The notes beneath the pieces were generated by a model. The model saw only the letters and a program-made list of their open reading frames with translations, did not search any database and had not been told where the DNA came from. Both the position numbers and the translations under genes were made by a program. A DNA stretch of 64,000 bases from assembly GCA_030265305.1 (NCBI GenBank), contig JASAOG010000079.1, positions 365,331 through 429,330 on the forward strand, written 5' to 3'. This document shows, one piece after another, positions 36,426 to 46,213 of this stretch; the first letter of the stretch is position 1, and each line of letters begins with the position of its first letter. This DNA comes from Biomphalaria pfeifferi (taxonomy: Eukaryota).

Positions 36426-36858
36426 AAAACATTTTACTAACAAACATTTTAGTTTTCATCATTCTAGATCTGCATCAAATAAACACTCATCAAAAAGTCT
36501 TATTAGTAACGGTTTTATAATGCAATGCCTTTTTTTTTAAATTATAGAAAAGGTGATACTAATATGTACACTATATAGGCTTGAAAGTTTTGTGTATGCA
36601 GTGTGCATGGACATGTCCGTTGTCACAATTTACACATATAACTTGAAATAAAAACGTATTTCCTTTACAAAAAAAAATACAAATGTTATTTTTAGCAATT
36701 TGATTTCTAAACACGCTAGTTCCCCCCCCCCCCCCCTTTTCTTTTCGCTTAAGACAATTTCGAACCCCTCTCTTGGGGATACAAAAGGAAACACCTCCTC
36801 TAATGTATATTAATTATTGTGTTTGAAATAAAGGTATAAATCATATCTAGCAAACTAA

Positions 36859-36963
36859 CCTTGTCATGACATGGTCTGAAAATGTCTGTAGTTAACAAGT
36901 AACAAGCTGACCTGGCCATTTCCAGTTCATAGCTAGTCCTACATGGCCTTGATTTCTCACTCC
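36859..36963 (-). CDS. mucin/VWF-like gene exon (VWD end / C8 start)
   Basis: Acceptor tatatttttag and donor gttagt. Encodes WSEKSRPCRTSYELEMARSACYLLTTDIFRPCHDK, which joins in phase 0 to VDVKPYIEYCMDTFC (ChxxVdpxxYxxxCxxDxC pattern). Confidence 0.65.
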
Positions 36964-37093
36964 ACTAAAAATATACATTTTTGAGGAAATTATGATCACA
37001 TACATTGGTACACATTATATAGTGTTATTACACCTGTTATGTTATGGGTTAAAAACAAACCAATACATTTTTAATCCAATGAAATAGACTTAC

Positions 37094-37164
37094 ATTTGGC
37101 TGTACGTCAAGCTGGTGGCTGTAGACTTTCATCAGATTGTTGAGTTTCTGTTCAGTCTGTTTAT
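37094..37164 (-). CDS. candidate short exon (2-nt start, phase-0 end)
   Basis: Acceptor aaacag and strong donor gtaagt. Phases fit exactly between exons 37701-37867 and 36859-36963. Encodes KQTEQKLNNLMKVYSHQLDVQPN. Confidence 0.4.
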
Positions 37165-37700
37165 CTGTTTGAGACGTATAGCAAGCTAGGTATAATAAAG
37201 CTTTAAAAAAACAAAGCTTATATAGAGTAAAGAGAGCGCACCGTTAAATTGCTGTCACATCTCTTAATAATGCTAGTTATATTTCCTTTTTCTATATACA
37301 ACAAAATTAAGCAATTACCACTAATCCATTACATAATTGTTTTTTTTAAAATTGATTTATGTGTTGTTACCGACAATGAGTAACATTCAACATTTCAGAT
37401 CCGAGAATGGAAATTGGGAGAAAATGACCCAGACAGACAGACAGACAGACTTAGGGAGTTAATATAAGCTTTGTAAAAAAAAGATGCAATCTGACATACT
37501 GCTTAAGTTTTTATTTGTTTACATTTCATAAAATGTTCAGGGAAAAAATGCTAAGAATTTTTTTTCAACATTCAGTATTTAAAAATAAGTATTACTATTT
37601 CGTAGATATCAATTCAAATTATATATAATTATTCCTTTCCTCCAGGTACTCAGTGTTAACACACACAAAAACAAAACATCAACAACAAAAAGACTAATTT

Positions 37701-37867
37701 ACCTGGTCTTAATTTTTGACATGCTCCACCAATGTACTTGTCATGAATTAGCGGAGAGTCAAATCCAACAGTTATAAAGATCTCAATATTACTATCACGC
37801 CTGATGAACAAATCCAAGACGGGAAAAGCCAGAACTATACTGTCACTGAGCACATCAAAGTTGACGT
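37701..37867 (-). CDS. mucin/VWF-like gene exon (VWD domain part; 1-nt start, ends phase 1)
   Basis: Acceptor tcctttcgcag and donor gtaaat. Encodes ...NFDVLSDSIVLAFPVLDLFIRRDSNIEIFITVGFDSPLIHDKYIGGACQKLRPG. Exactly one exon must intervene before the next confident exon for phases to fit. Confidence 0.55.
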
Positions 37868-38129
37868 CTGCGAAAGGAAGGAAAAAAAAAAGATTTTCCA
37901 CAAGATAAACGATAAGACTAATAGAAGACTAATAGAAGACTAATAGAAGAATTTCAACTTGAGATGTCATTTTGTAAATGGAAAACAAAACCTTCATTAT
38001 AATTAGACACAATTGTTCATGCATGGTGGAAAGCTTAGTGCAAGATAAACATTTACTGTAATTAATAGTAATAGGAATAGACTTCAATACATTCTAACTA
38101 CATTTGAACTGTTAACCAGCTGTATTTGA

Positions 38130-38495
38130 AATGACATTAACTGTGTATTCAAGCACTAAATTTGAATCGTATTATATTTGATCTGAAATTAGTGTGTATT
38201 CAAGCACTACATTTGAACTGATCATTAGCCTGTGCATTCAAGCACTGCATTTGAACTGATCATTAGCAGAGTATTCAAGCACTACATTTGAACTGATCAT
38301 TAGCAGAGTATTCAAGCACTACATTTGAACTGATCATTAGCAGAGTATTCAAGCACTACATTTGAGCTGATTATTAGCAGAGTATTCAAGCACTATATTT
38401 GAACTGATATTAGCAGTGTATTCAAGAACTACATTTGAGCTGATCATTAGCAGAGTATTCAAGCACTACATTTGAGCTGATCATTAGCAGAGTAT
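38130..38495. repeat. ~36-bp satellite (gtattcaagcactacatttgaactgatcattagcaga)n, left part of the array split by the LTR element
   Basis: ~10 tandem copies; the same satellite resumes at 45367. Confidence 0.9.
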
Positions 38496-39190
38496 TGTCA
38501 CGTATTACAAATTGAATTCTACTTTTAAATGGCTTGCCTAGGGGAACGTGACAATAGAAAAAGGTAGTTGTGTCACTTATCTTAAGTCTGAATTTAATCA
38601 GAGACTTACAATGAATAAAAAAAAAATATGACACAAGAAATCGGAAGGTAAAATATCAACTTAATGTTTAATCATAATATAACTCAATACAAAATGGAAG
38701 GGTTGACCAAAACCCTTTTACAAAAATGGCATGTAAAAATATTACAATACAATAGTTTGAAAATATAATTACAAATACAAGCAAGGCCTTGAAAAAAGAA
38801 AAATCTACACGATCAATTGGTATACCACGCACGGGTCACGCAATGTCTCCGCTATTCTGTCTCACGGCTGTCTCCGTATGTCTGTCCGTCAACGTAACGC
38901 GAGCGGTCTTTATATAATCTACCGCGCGTCGATATCGAGTAATTTCTAGAACAGAAAGTCATCAACACCCAGATCTAGAACGCTCTTCAAAGAGACAGAA
39001 GAAAAGAAAAAAAAAACCACCCTCCTTTCAACCAGAGGTACACAGATAGGTCAAGGACCGGTCACTGTCTGTGTGGCTTGACTCTTGAAGAATAAAATAA
39101 AAAAAAACTTATTACACAAAGGGGCAGACAACCTACAGGTCAAGAAAAAAAAACAATAGTATCTAGGCATTGTTACCTAGATACGTAACA
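38496..39190 (-). repeat. 3' LTR of the Gmr1-like element
   Basis: Direct repeat of 44673-45366; preceded on the element strand by the polypurine tract. Confidence 0.9.
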
Positions 39191-39206
39191 CCTCCCTCCT
39201 AAAAAT
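39191..39206 (-). promoter_or_regulatory. Polypurine tract (AGGAGGGAGG) immediately upstream of the 3' LTR
   Basis: Reverse complement of cctccctcctaaaaat abutting the LTR start TGTTACG. Confidence 0.7.
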
Positions 39207-39327
39207 AAAAAGTTTACATTTCCACGAAATGGAAATCTTTTTAGAATAATTACAAAAATGATATTTACATTACAGAATGTATTTATCATGATATATATAA
39301 AAAAAAATATATACATCAAAATACTTT

Positions 39328-42300
39328 TTACAATCTAGATAAGGCATCGGCGATAACATTTTCGCTGCCTTTTATGTGTTTAAGATCTAGGTTGTACTCT
39401 TGTAAAAATAAACTCCACCTGAGAAGTCGTTGATTCTTGCCAGACATTTTGTGGATAAATGTAAGGGGATTGTGGTCAGTAAATACAACCAGTGGCCATC
39501 TGGACCCACTGATATAAAGATCAAAGTGTTGTATAGAAAGAATCAACCCAAGACATTCTTTTTCCACAGTAGAATAATTTCTTTGATGTCTATTAAATTT
39601 CTTGGAAAAGAAACAAATAGGATGCTCTACTTGGAAATTATCTTCTTGGTAAAGGACTGACCCAACACCTGTGTCACTGGCGTCAATAGCTAACCTAAAA
39701 GGTTTTCCGAAATCAGGAGCCATCAAAATGGGGGAGCTAGATAATATCTGCTTAATTTGGTTAAAGGCTTTCTGACATTCATCCGTCCAAGTAAATCGGA
39801 CGTTCTTTCTCAGGAGGTTTGTTAAAGGACTGGCAATGACAGAAAAATTTTCGCAAAATTTTCTATAATATCCAGACATTCCCAAAAATCTTCGGAGTTG
39901 TTTCCGATCAGCAGGAATAGGGAAAGCTTGGATAGCTTCTACTTTGGCCATTACAGGTTTCACCTGGCCTTGTCCTACAATATGGCCTAAGTATTGGATG
40001 GAAGCCTGGCAAAAATCACTCTTACTCAGGTTTACAGTAATTTTTGCATGTAAAAGTTTAGTAAAAAGACAATGCAGTTGTTTACAATGGCTAGAAAAAT
40101 CTTGGCTAAAAATTACTACATCGTCTATGTATGCGTGGCAATTCTCCATGTCAGCAAGCAGGGCATTTATCATTCTCTGGAAAGTGGCAGGAGCATTCTT
40201 CATGCCAAATGGCATCACTTTGTATTGGTACAGACCATCAGGGGTGACAAAGGCGGAGATTTCCTTTGCCCTATCAGTCAGGGGAACCTGCCAATAACCT
40301 GAAAGTAGGTCTATTTTGGTGAAGTACTTAGCTTCACCAATACGATCTATGAGATCGTCTATCCTAGGGATAGGAAACGAATCGGTCTTTGTTACAGCAT
40401 TTACCTTACGGTAGTCTGTACAAAAACGATAAGTCTTGTCCTGTTTAGGTATCAAGACACATGGGGAGCTCCAGCTACTGGAACTTGGTTCAATGAGGTC
40501 ATTTTCAAGCATATACTTGATTTCTGACCTAAGTATGGCAAGTTTTTCAGGGTTGACCCTGTAAGGATGCTGCTTGACTGGAGTAGCCTCGCCAACATCT
40601 ACATCATGCATTATAACATTAGTCTGTTTTGGTACATCAGAAAAAATGTCATTAAATTCATTAATGAGTTTCATGATAACTGGCCTTTCTGTCGAAGACA
40701 GATGAGACAGTTTTACATCCAAATTCTGTAATACAAAAGAATTAGGTATTTTGTATTGTCCAAATTTCTCCTTTACAATATCATCATCAATAGGAGAAAC
40801 ATGGCTATTTGAACAACTTTTGACTGTATTTAAAACACAATTACTCTTCTCTGAGTGATCTGGCCGAGATACATAAGGCTTCAGCATGTTTATGTGACAT
40901 AGCTGAGTCTTTTTCCTACGGTCAGGAGTTTTGATTGTGTAATTGAGGTCACTAATTTTGGTCTCAATTTCATAGGGACCAAAATATCTGGCTTGCAAGG
41001 GTTGACCTGGTATGGGCAAAAATACAAGCACCTGATCCCCGGGAGAAAATTCTCTAACACGGGCCTTTCTATCATACCAGCGTTTCATGCTGGATTGGGT
41101 GTTTTGTAAGTTATTTTTGGCCAGAACACAAGCATCATAAAGTCTAGTTTTAAACTTACTTACATAGTCTAAAAGTCCTTCAGTGGCTGTTGGTGACAAC
41201 AAAGTCTCTTTTATACATTTCAAGGGACCGCGCACCGAATGGCCAAAGACTAAGTCAAAAGGGCTGAATCCCAACGATTCCTGGACGGATTCACGGGTTG
41301 CAAACAGCAGCATGTGGATTCCTTCGTCCCAGTCTTTTTCGTGCTCAAAGCAATAGGTTCGGATCATGTTCTTGAGAGTCTGATGGAATCGCTCAAGAGC
41401 GCCTTGCGACTCGGCATGATACGCACTCGACATGCAGTGTTTGATGCCCAACTGAGTCATGATTTGCTTGAAAAGATTGGCCGTGAAATTCGTTCCTTGG
41501 TCCGATTGGATGGACTTTGGTAGACCAAATAGAGTAAAGAACTTGATTAAGGCCTTTACAATGTTCGATGCTTTTATGTTCCTTAGAGGAATAGCCTCAG
41601 GAAAACGAGTTGAAGCACACATAATGGTCAACAGGTATTGGTTGCCAGCTTTTGTCCTTGGGAGAGGACCAACACAGTCAATAAGTACTCTGCTGAAAGG
41701 TTCTTCAAAGGCTGGAATCGGCTTCAGAGGAGCAACAGGGATCTTTTGATTTGGCTTGCCAACCATCTGACAGGCATGACAGGATCGGCAGTACTGGATG
41801 ACATCTTTCTTCAAACGTGGCCAGAAGAAGTGTGACATAATCTTGTGATATGTCTTGTGGATGCCGAGATGACCTGACATTGGTGTGTCATGAGCCAGAT
41901 TCATGATGTACGCTCGGTATCTTTCTGGTAACACGATTTGATGGCATATTCTCCATTCTTCTTCGTTGGATGCGTCTGGAGGTTTCCATTTCCTGAAGAG
42001 CATATCATCTTGGATGTAGTAGCACGTTGATGCTAGCTCTGCCTCTTGTGATGTCATTGCGGTTTCTCGGAGTTTGGCGAGCTCTGGATCCTTCTTTTGG
42101 TCCTCAATCAACTGTTTTCGAGTTGATGCCGGCTTTTCAGAATTTGGCGTTGGTTCTTCTTCAAGAGAAGCAAAGAATGTGGTGCTCAAGTCCACATCAT
42201 CGTGGTTACTGTTGGCCTTGATGACGTTCTCTTCTTGAGATGCTTTCAACCTCATTGCCCTTGTTACTGCACACGCTGGATATAACTCTAGGTCTTCCTC

Positions 42301-44406
42301 GGGTGTGGCAGATAAGTCGGGTTTTTGAGTGACGATGGGTTCGGCTATCACCTTTCCACCTGCTAAGTCATTGCCTAACAGCAACGAGATGCCTTCCAAT
42401 GGTAATGTTGGTCGGACACCTACAACAACCGGTCCAGTAATGAGATTTGACTTTATGTCGATTAGATGTAGAGGCACATCTATACATCCAAGCTCTACGC
42501 CTCGTAACAGGATGCTCTTCCCAGTCGATGATGATTTTGACAAGGGCAAGATACCCTCTAAAAGTAGCGATTGTGAGGCACCTGTGTCTCTCAAAATGGT
42601 GATAGGTCGTAGACTTGTAGAATCACCGGGTAGTGATACGAATCCTTCCGAAATGAAAGGCTTAAAATCCTCTAATAAAACATCAATTTTGGTTGATGCA
42701 GACTGGACTTGGGTCGAACTCTCGCTGGAGTCATTGACATCTCTAGGAGACGCAGTGGAGAAACTCTTTCTTGAGTCAGTAGAACATCTTTTGGATGTAT
42801 TTGGAGAACTCTTGATGGAGTCATTGGAACATCGGGGTGATGTTTTATGGGAACTCTTGATAGAGTCATGGGAACATCGGGGTGATGTATTATGGGAACT
42901 CTGGATAGAGTCATTGGAACATCGGGGTGATGTATTATGGGAACTCTGGATAGAGTCATTGGAACATCGGGGTGATGTATTATGGGAACTCTGGATAGAG
43001 TCATTGGAACATCGGCTTGATGTATTATGGGAACTCTGGATAGAGTCATTGGAACATCGCTGTGATGTACTAGGTAAACTCTTGTTTGAGTCATTGGAAC
43101 ATCGGCTTGATGTCTTTGAAAAACTCTTGATTGAGTCAATGGAACATCGTAAAGATGAATTTGAAAAACTCTTGTTTGAGTCATTGGAACATCGGCTTGA
43201 TGTATTTGAAAAACTCTTGTTTGAGTCATTGGAACATCGTGGAGACATTTTCGGAGAGTCTTGTACAGTCAATACATTTGAAACAGGTGGTGTCGAGGTA
43301 TTCTTGATATGACTTGATGATGAGGGAGTAAACCTCGCCGACCACTGTACTGTGCAAGCGCTGACTTTTGAAGGAGCTTTTTCGTTTCTCTTCCTCAATT
43401 TCCAGCAATCGTCAATTTTATGGCCTTCTCGTTTGCAGTAGGAACAAGTAGCTTTACTTGTAGTAGGTTTTCTGTCGTTTGTACTGCTGTTCTTGATGGA
43501 GTTGCTAGCAGTGGACTCAGGCTGTTTGACTTGTTTTGGCTTGACATCCGTCGTATACTTGGCAAATTGTTGTGATATTATATAATCGTCTGCCAACACT
43601 GCAGCCTTGTGCACATCTTCCTCGCCACGATCAGCTATATGCGTACGGACGTCCAGCCGCACACAACTCTTGAACTCTTCCATCAGCATTAGGTTCTTGA
43701 ATTTGGCAAAGTCGGTGCCGATTTCCTTGGAAGTGAGCCATTTTTCAAAGCGTCGCTCCTTTTCCCGCAGGAATTCTACATGGGTTTGGCCATCCGATTT
43801 GCGACAATCCCTGAACTGCTTTCGGTAAGCTTCCGGAACAAGTTCATATGCCTTAAGAATTAAGGCCTTAACAACATTATAATCTTTTTGTTGTTCAATG
43901 GTCAAAGAACAAAATACCTCTGCAGCTCTACCAGTCAAAACTGTTTGCAGCAAAGTGGGCCACAAAGTTTCAGGTACATTAAAATTTTTCACAGCAAGTT
44001 CAAATTGTGGAAAATAATTGTCAATTGTGGCTTCATTAAAGCGTGGAATTATTTTCAAAAATTTTGTTGCTTCAGCAGTATGACTGGCAGGGGAAGAATC
44101 TGGTCTTACATTAGCAGCTAACTCTAATTTTCTTAACTCTATTTGTAATTTCATTTCCTTCTCTTTTAAAGCTAACTGGGCTTCTATTTCCATTTGTTTT
44201 AATTTTATCTGAAGTTCTAAATCTGATTTACCCTCATCAGGTCTAAGGGTTTCTAAAAGGTCTTCAGAAAACACTTCCTCGTCTACATAATGGATTACAA
44301 TGTTATCTCTGATTTCTTGTTTAAGGGCATTTGATTTTATTTTTAACCCTAAATGTTTAGAAATAAGGACCAGTTCCTTCCTAGTACAAGCATCAAGCTC
44401 TTCCAC
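39328..44406 (-). CDS. gag-pol polyprotein of the LTR retrotransposon
   Basis: In order: gag CCHC knuckle CSYCKREGHKIDDC; Ser-rich repeats; protease LRDTGASQS; integrase HHCC (HLGIHKTYH...CRSCHACQ), DDE core (LIDCVGPLP, SDQGTNF) and GPY/F (ARYFGPYEI); RT (FGMKNAPATFQRMIN, YIDDVVIFS); RNase H (DASDTGVGSV, TDHNPL, ADALSRL). Integrase lies upstream of RT. Confidence 0.9.
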   Translation of the reverse strand: MEELDACTRKELVLISKHLGLKIKSNALKQEIRDNIVIHYVDEEVFSEDLLETLRPDEGKSDLELQIKLKQMEIEAQLALKEKEMKLQIELRKLELAANVRPDSSPASHTAEATKFLKIIPRFNEATIDNYFPQFELAVKNFNVPETLWPTLLQTVLTGRAAEVFCSLTIEQQKDYNVVKALILKAYELVPEAYRKQFRDCRKSDGQTHVEFLREKERRFEKWLTSKEIGTDFAKFKNLMLMEEFKSCVRLDVRTHIADRGEEDVHKAAVLADDYIISQQFAKYTTDVKPKQVKQPESTASNSIKNSSTNDRKPTTSKATCSYCKREGHKIDDCWKLRKRNEKAPSKVSACTVQWSARFTPSSSSHIKNTSTPPVSNVLTVQDSPKMSPRCSNDSNKSFSNTSSRCSNDSNKSFSNSSLRCSIDSIKSFSKTSSRCSNDSNKSLPSTSQRCSNDSIQSSHNTSSRCSNDSIQSSHNTSPRCSNDSIQSSHNTSPRCSNDSIQSSHNTSPRCSHDSIKSSHKTSPRCSNDSIKSSPNTSKRCSTDSRKSFSTASPRDVNDSSESSTQVQSASTKIDVLLEDFKPFISEGFVSLPGDSTSLRPITILRDTGASQSLLLEGILPLSKSSSTGKSILLRGVELGCIDVPLHLIDIKSNLITGPVVVGVRPTLPLEGISLLLGNDLAGGKVIAEPIVTQKPDLSATPEEDLELYPACAVTRAMRLKASQEENVIKANSNHDDVDLSTTFFASLEEEPTPNSEKPASTRKQLIEDQKKDPELAKLRETAMTSQEAELASTCYYIQDDMLFRKWKPPDASNEEEWRICHQIVLPERYRAYIMNLAHDTPMSGHLGIHKTYHKIMSHFFWPRLKKDVIQYCRSCHACQMVGKPNQKIPVAPLKPIPAFEEPFSRVLIDCVGPLPRTKAGNQYLLTIMCASTRFPEAIPLRNIKASNIVKALIKFFTLFGLPKSIQSDQGTNFTANLFKQIMTQLGIKHCMSSAYHAESQGALERFHQTLKNMIRTYCFEHEKDWDEGIHMLLFATRESVQESLGFSPFDLVFGHSVRGPLKCIKETLLSPTATEGLLDYVSKFKTRLYDACVLAKNNLQNTQSSMKRWYDRKARVREFSPGDQVLVFLPIPGQPLQARYFGPYEIETKISDLNYTIKTPDRRKKTQLCHINMLKPYVSRPDHSEKSNCVLNTVKSCSNSHVSPIDDDIVKEKFGQYKIPNSFVLQNLDVKLSHLSSTERPVIMKLINEFNDIFSDVPKQTNVIMHDVDVGEATPVKQHPYRVNPEKLAILRSEIKYMLENDLIEPSSSSWSSPCVLIPKQDKTYRFCTDYRKVNAVTKTDSFPIPRIDDLIDRIGEAKYFTKIDLLSGYWQVPLTDRAKEISAFVTPDGLYQYKVMPFGMKNAPATFQRMINALLADMENCHAYIDDVVIFSQDFSSHCKQLHCLFTKLLHAKITVNLSKSDFCQASIQYLGHIVGQGQVKPVMAKVEAIQAFPIPADRKQLRRFLGMSGYYRKFCENFSVIASPLTNLLRKNVRFTWTDECQKAFNQIKQILSSSPILMAPDFGKPFRLAIDASDTGVGSVLYQEDNFQVEHPICFFSKKFNRHQRNYSTVEKECLGLILSIQHFDLYISGSRWPLVVFTDHNPLTFIHKMSGKNQRLLRWSLFLQEYNLDLKHIKGSENVIADALSRL
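42780..43270 (-). repeat. 48-bp in-frame tandem repeats (~11 copies) inside the gag-pol ORF
   Basis: Encodes SSRCSNDSNKSFSNT-like 16-aa units between the NC zinc knuckle and protease. The plus-strand ORF 42329-43312 is its antisense shadow. Confidence 0.85.
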
Positions 44407-44645
44407 AGAGGGATTTGCAAGAAAAACCTGAATATCTATGACTAACTAACAACTATTACAAGCAAAAAAATGTATACAATGTAAATATACAGTACAAAAT
44501 CAGTACAACAAAAAAACCTTAAGAGAGTTTGGTCAATACTATTGATACTTTACTTCCGACTCTTTGACACAAAAAAAATTTTTGTTAAAGTCAACTTCGC
44601 CTTTACAAAATTACTCAAGTAAGACGAAAATAGGTTCAGAAAAAT

Positions 44646-44663
44646 ATCCCGGACGAGCCCCCA
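44646..44663 (-). promoter_or_regulatory. Primer binding site complementary to the 3' end of tRNA-Pro (TGGGGGCTCGTCCGGGAT)
   Basis: On the element strand, 9 nt downstream of the 5' LTR end, the 18-mer TGGGGGCTCGTCCGGGAT is complementary to ...ATCCCGGACGAGCCCCCA, the canonical tRNA-Pro 3' end. The identical PBS is used by murine leukaemia virus. Confidence 0.75.
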
Positions 44664-44672
44664 AACTTCTTT

Positions 44673-45366
44673 TGTCACGTATTACAAATTGAATTCTACT
44701 TTTAAATGGCTTGCCTAGGGGAACGTGACAATAGAAAAAGGTAGTTGTGTCACTTATCTTAAGTCTGAATTTAATCAGAGACTTACAATGAATAAAAAAA
44801 AATATGACACAAGAAATCGGAAGGTAAAATATCAACTTAATGTTTAATCATAATATAACTCAATACAAAATGGAAGGGTTGACCAAAACCCTTTTACAAA
44901 AATGGCATGTAAAAATATTACAATACAATAGTTTGAAAATATAATTACAAATACAAGCAAGGCCTTGAAAAAAGAAAAATCTACACGATCAATTGGTATA
45001 CCACGCACGGGTCACGCAATGTCTCCGCTATTCTGTCTCACGGCTGTCTCCGTATGTCTGTCCGTCAACGTAACGCGAGCGGTCTTTATATAATCTACCG
45101 CGCGTCGATATCGAGTAATTTCTAGAACAGAAAGTCATCAACACCCAGATCTAGAACGCTCTTCAAAGAGACAGAAGAAAAGAAAAAAAAAACCACCCTC
45201 CTTTCAACCAGAGGTACACAGATAGGTCAAGGACCGGTCACTGTCTGTGTGGCTTGACTCTTGAAGAATAAAATAAAAAAAAACTTATTACACAAAGGGG
45301 CAGACAACCTACAGGTCAAGAAAAAAAAACAATAGTATCTAGGCATTGTTACCTAGATACGTAACA
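44673..45366 (-). repeat. 5' LTR of the Gmr1-like element
   Basis: Direct repeat of 38496-39190; TG..CA ends; followed on the element strand by the PBS. Confidence 0.9.
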
Positions 45367-45665
45367 GTATTCAAGCACTAGATTTGAACTGATATTAGCA
45401 GTGTATTCAAGCACTACATTGGAACTGATATTAGCGGTGTATTCAAGCACTACATTTGAACTGAATTAGCGGTGTATTCAAGCACTACATTTGAACTGAT
45501 ATTAGCGGTGTATTCAAGCACTACATTTGAGCTGATCATTAGCAGTGTATTCAAGCACTACATTTGAGCTGATATTAGCAGTGTGTTCAAGCACTACATT
45601 TGAGCTGATATTATCAGTGTATTCTAGCACTACATTTGAACTGATATTAGTGGTGTATTCAAGCA
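45367..45665. repeat. Same ~36-bp satellite, right part
   Basis: Array continues exactly where the left part stopped once the element and one GTAT copy are removed. Confidence 0.9.
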
Positions 45666-46072
45666 CTACACATGAATCCCACTTTCAGTGCGTCTTATAC
45701 GAACAGCAGATGAAAAAAACAACAACGTATAACATTTACTTAATTGTTCCAATAGTATACTCATTATTATGCTTAGTTATTTCACTTCGTGTTTTAGGTT
45801 GATCGTACGAAGTCTTGGGTTTAAAACTTTTAGGAAGTAATTCTACATTTTAATGGTATGACACAAATGGAAACATTTAGAATGAATAAGAGTTAGGTGT
45901 GTCATATAAAGGGGACGTTTTTTTTTAAATAATAGCAAAATGCGCCTGGTAAAATAGCTGGATAGAATTATATATTTTAAAACACACTAAAAACAACTAC
46001 AAAGATAAAAACAACTAACAAAAACAATGTAACAATTGAAATACACATAAAAAGAGAGAAATCAAAAGAAAC

Positions 46073-46213
46073 CTCCAATTTTCTCCACATGGTCCAGATG
46101 TTGAGAAAACAAAACAGACTTCACCGTATAGTTCATATTAGTTGAAGTCATTGCGATGGACTCATCATCCACCTGGTAGACACGCTCTCTGGAGATATGA
46201 TGAACACGAAGAC
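46073..46213 (-). CDS. candidate additional upstream exon (VWD-like); coordinates approximate
   Basis: Acceptor ttccctacag. Encodes GLRVHHISRERVYQVDDESIAMTSTNMNYTVKSVLFSQHLDHVEKIG. Its phase link to the exon at 37867 is not resolved. Confidence 0.3.

Larger units (their letters stand above)
38496..45366 (-). mobile_element. Intact Gmr1-like Ty3/gypsy LTR retrotransposon (LTR-gag-PR-IN-RT-RH-LTR)
   Basis: Two ~695-bp direct repeats (38496-39190 and 44673-45366), near-identical, beginning TG and ending CA. Single 1692-aa ORF. PBS and PPT present. 4-bp direct repeat GTAT flanks the element. Confidence 0.9.

Noticed and set aside
42329-43312. 327-aa plus-strand ORF inside the LTR retrotransposon
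   Set aside because: Antisense shadow of the in-frame Ser-rich tandem repeats of gag-pol. No independent signal.
44664-44672. 9-nt spacer between 5' LTR and PBS seemed long
   Set aside because: Kept the PBS call because the 18-nt match to the tRNA-Pro 3' end is exact. Spacer length varies among LTR elements. The LTR boundary could be 1-2 nt off.
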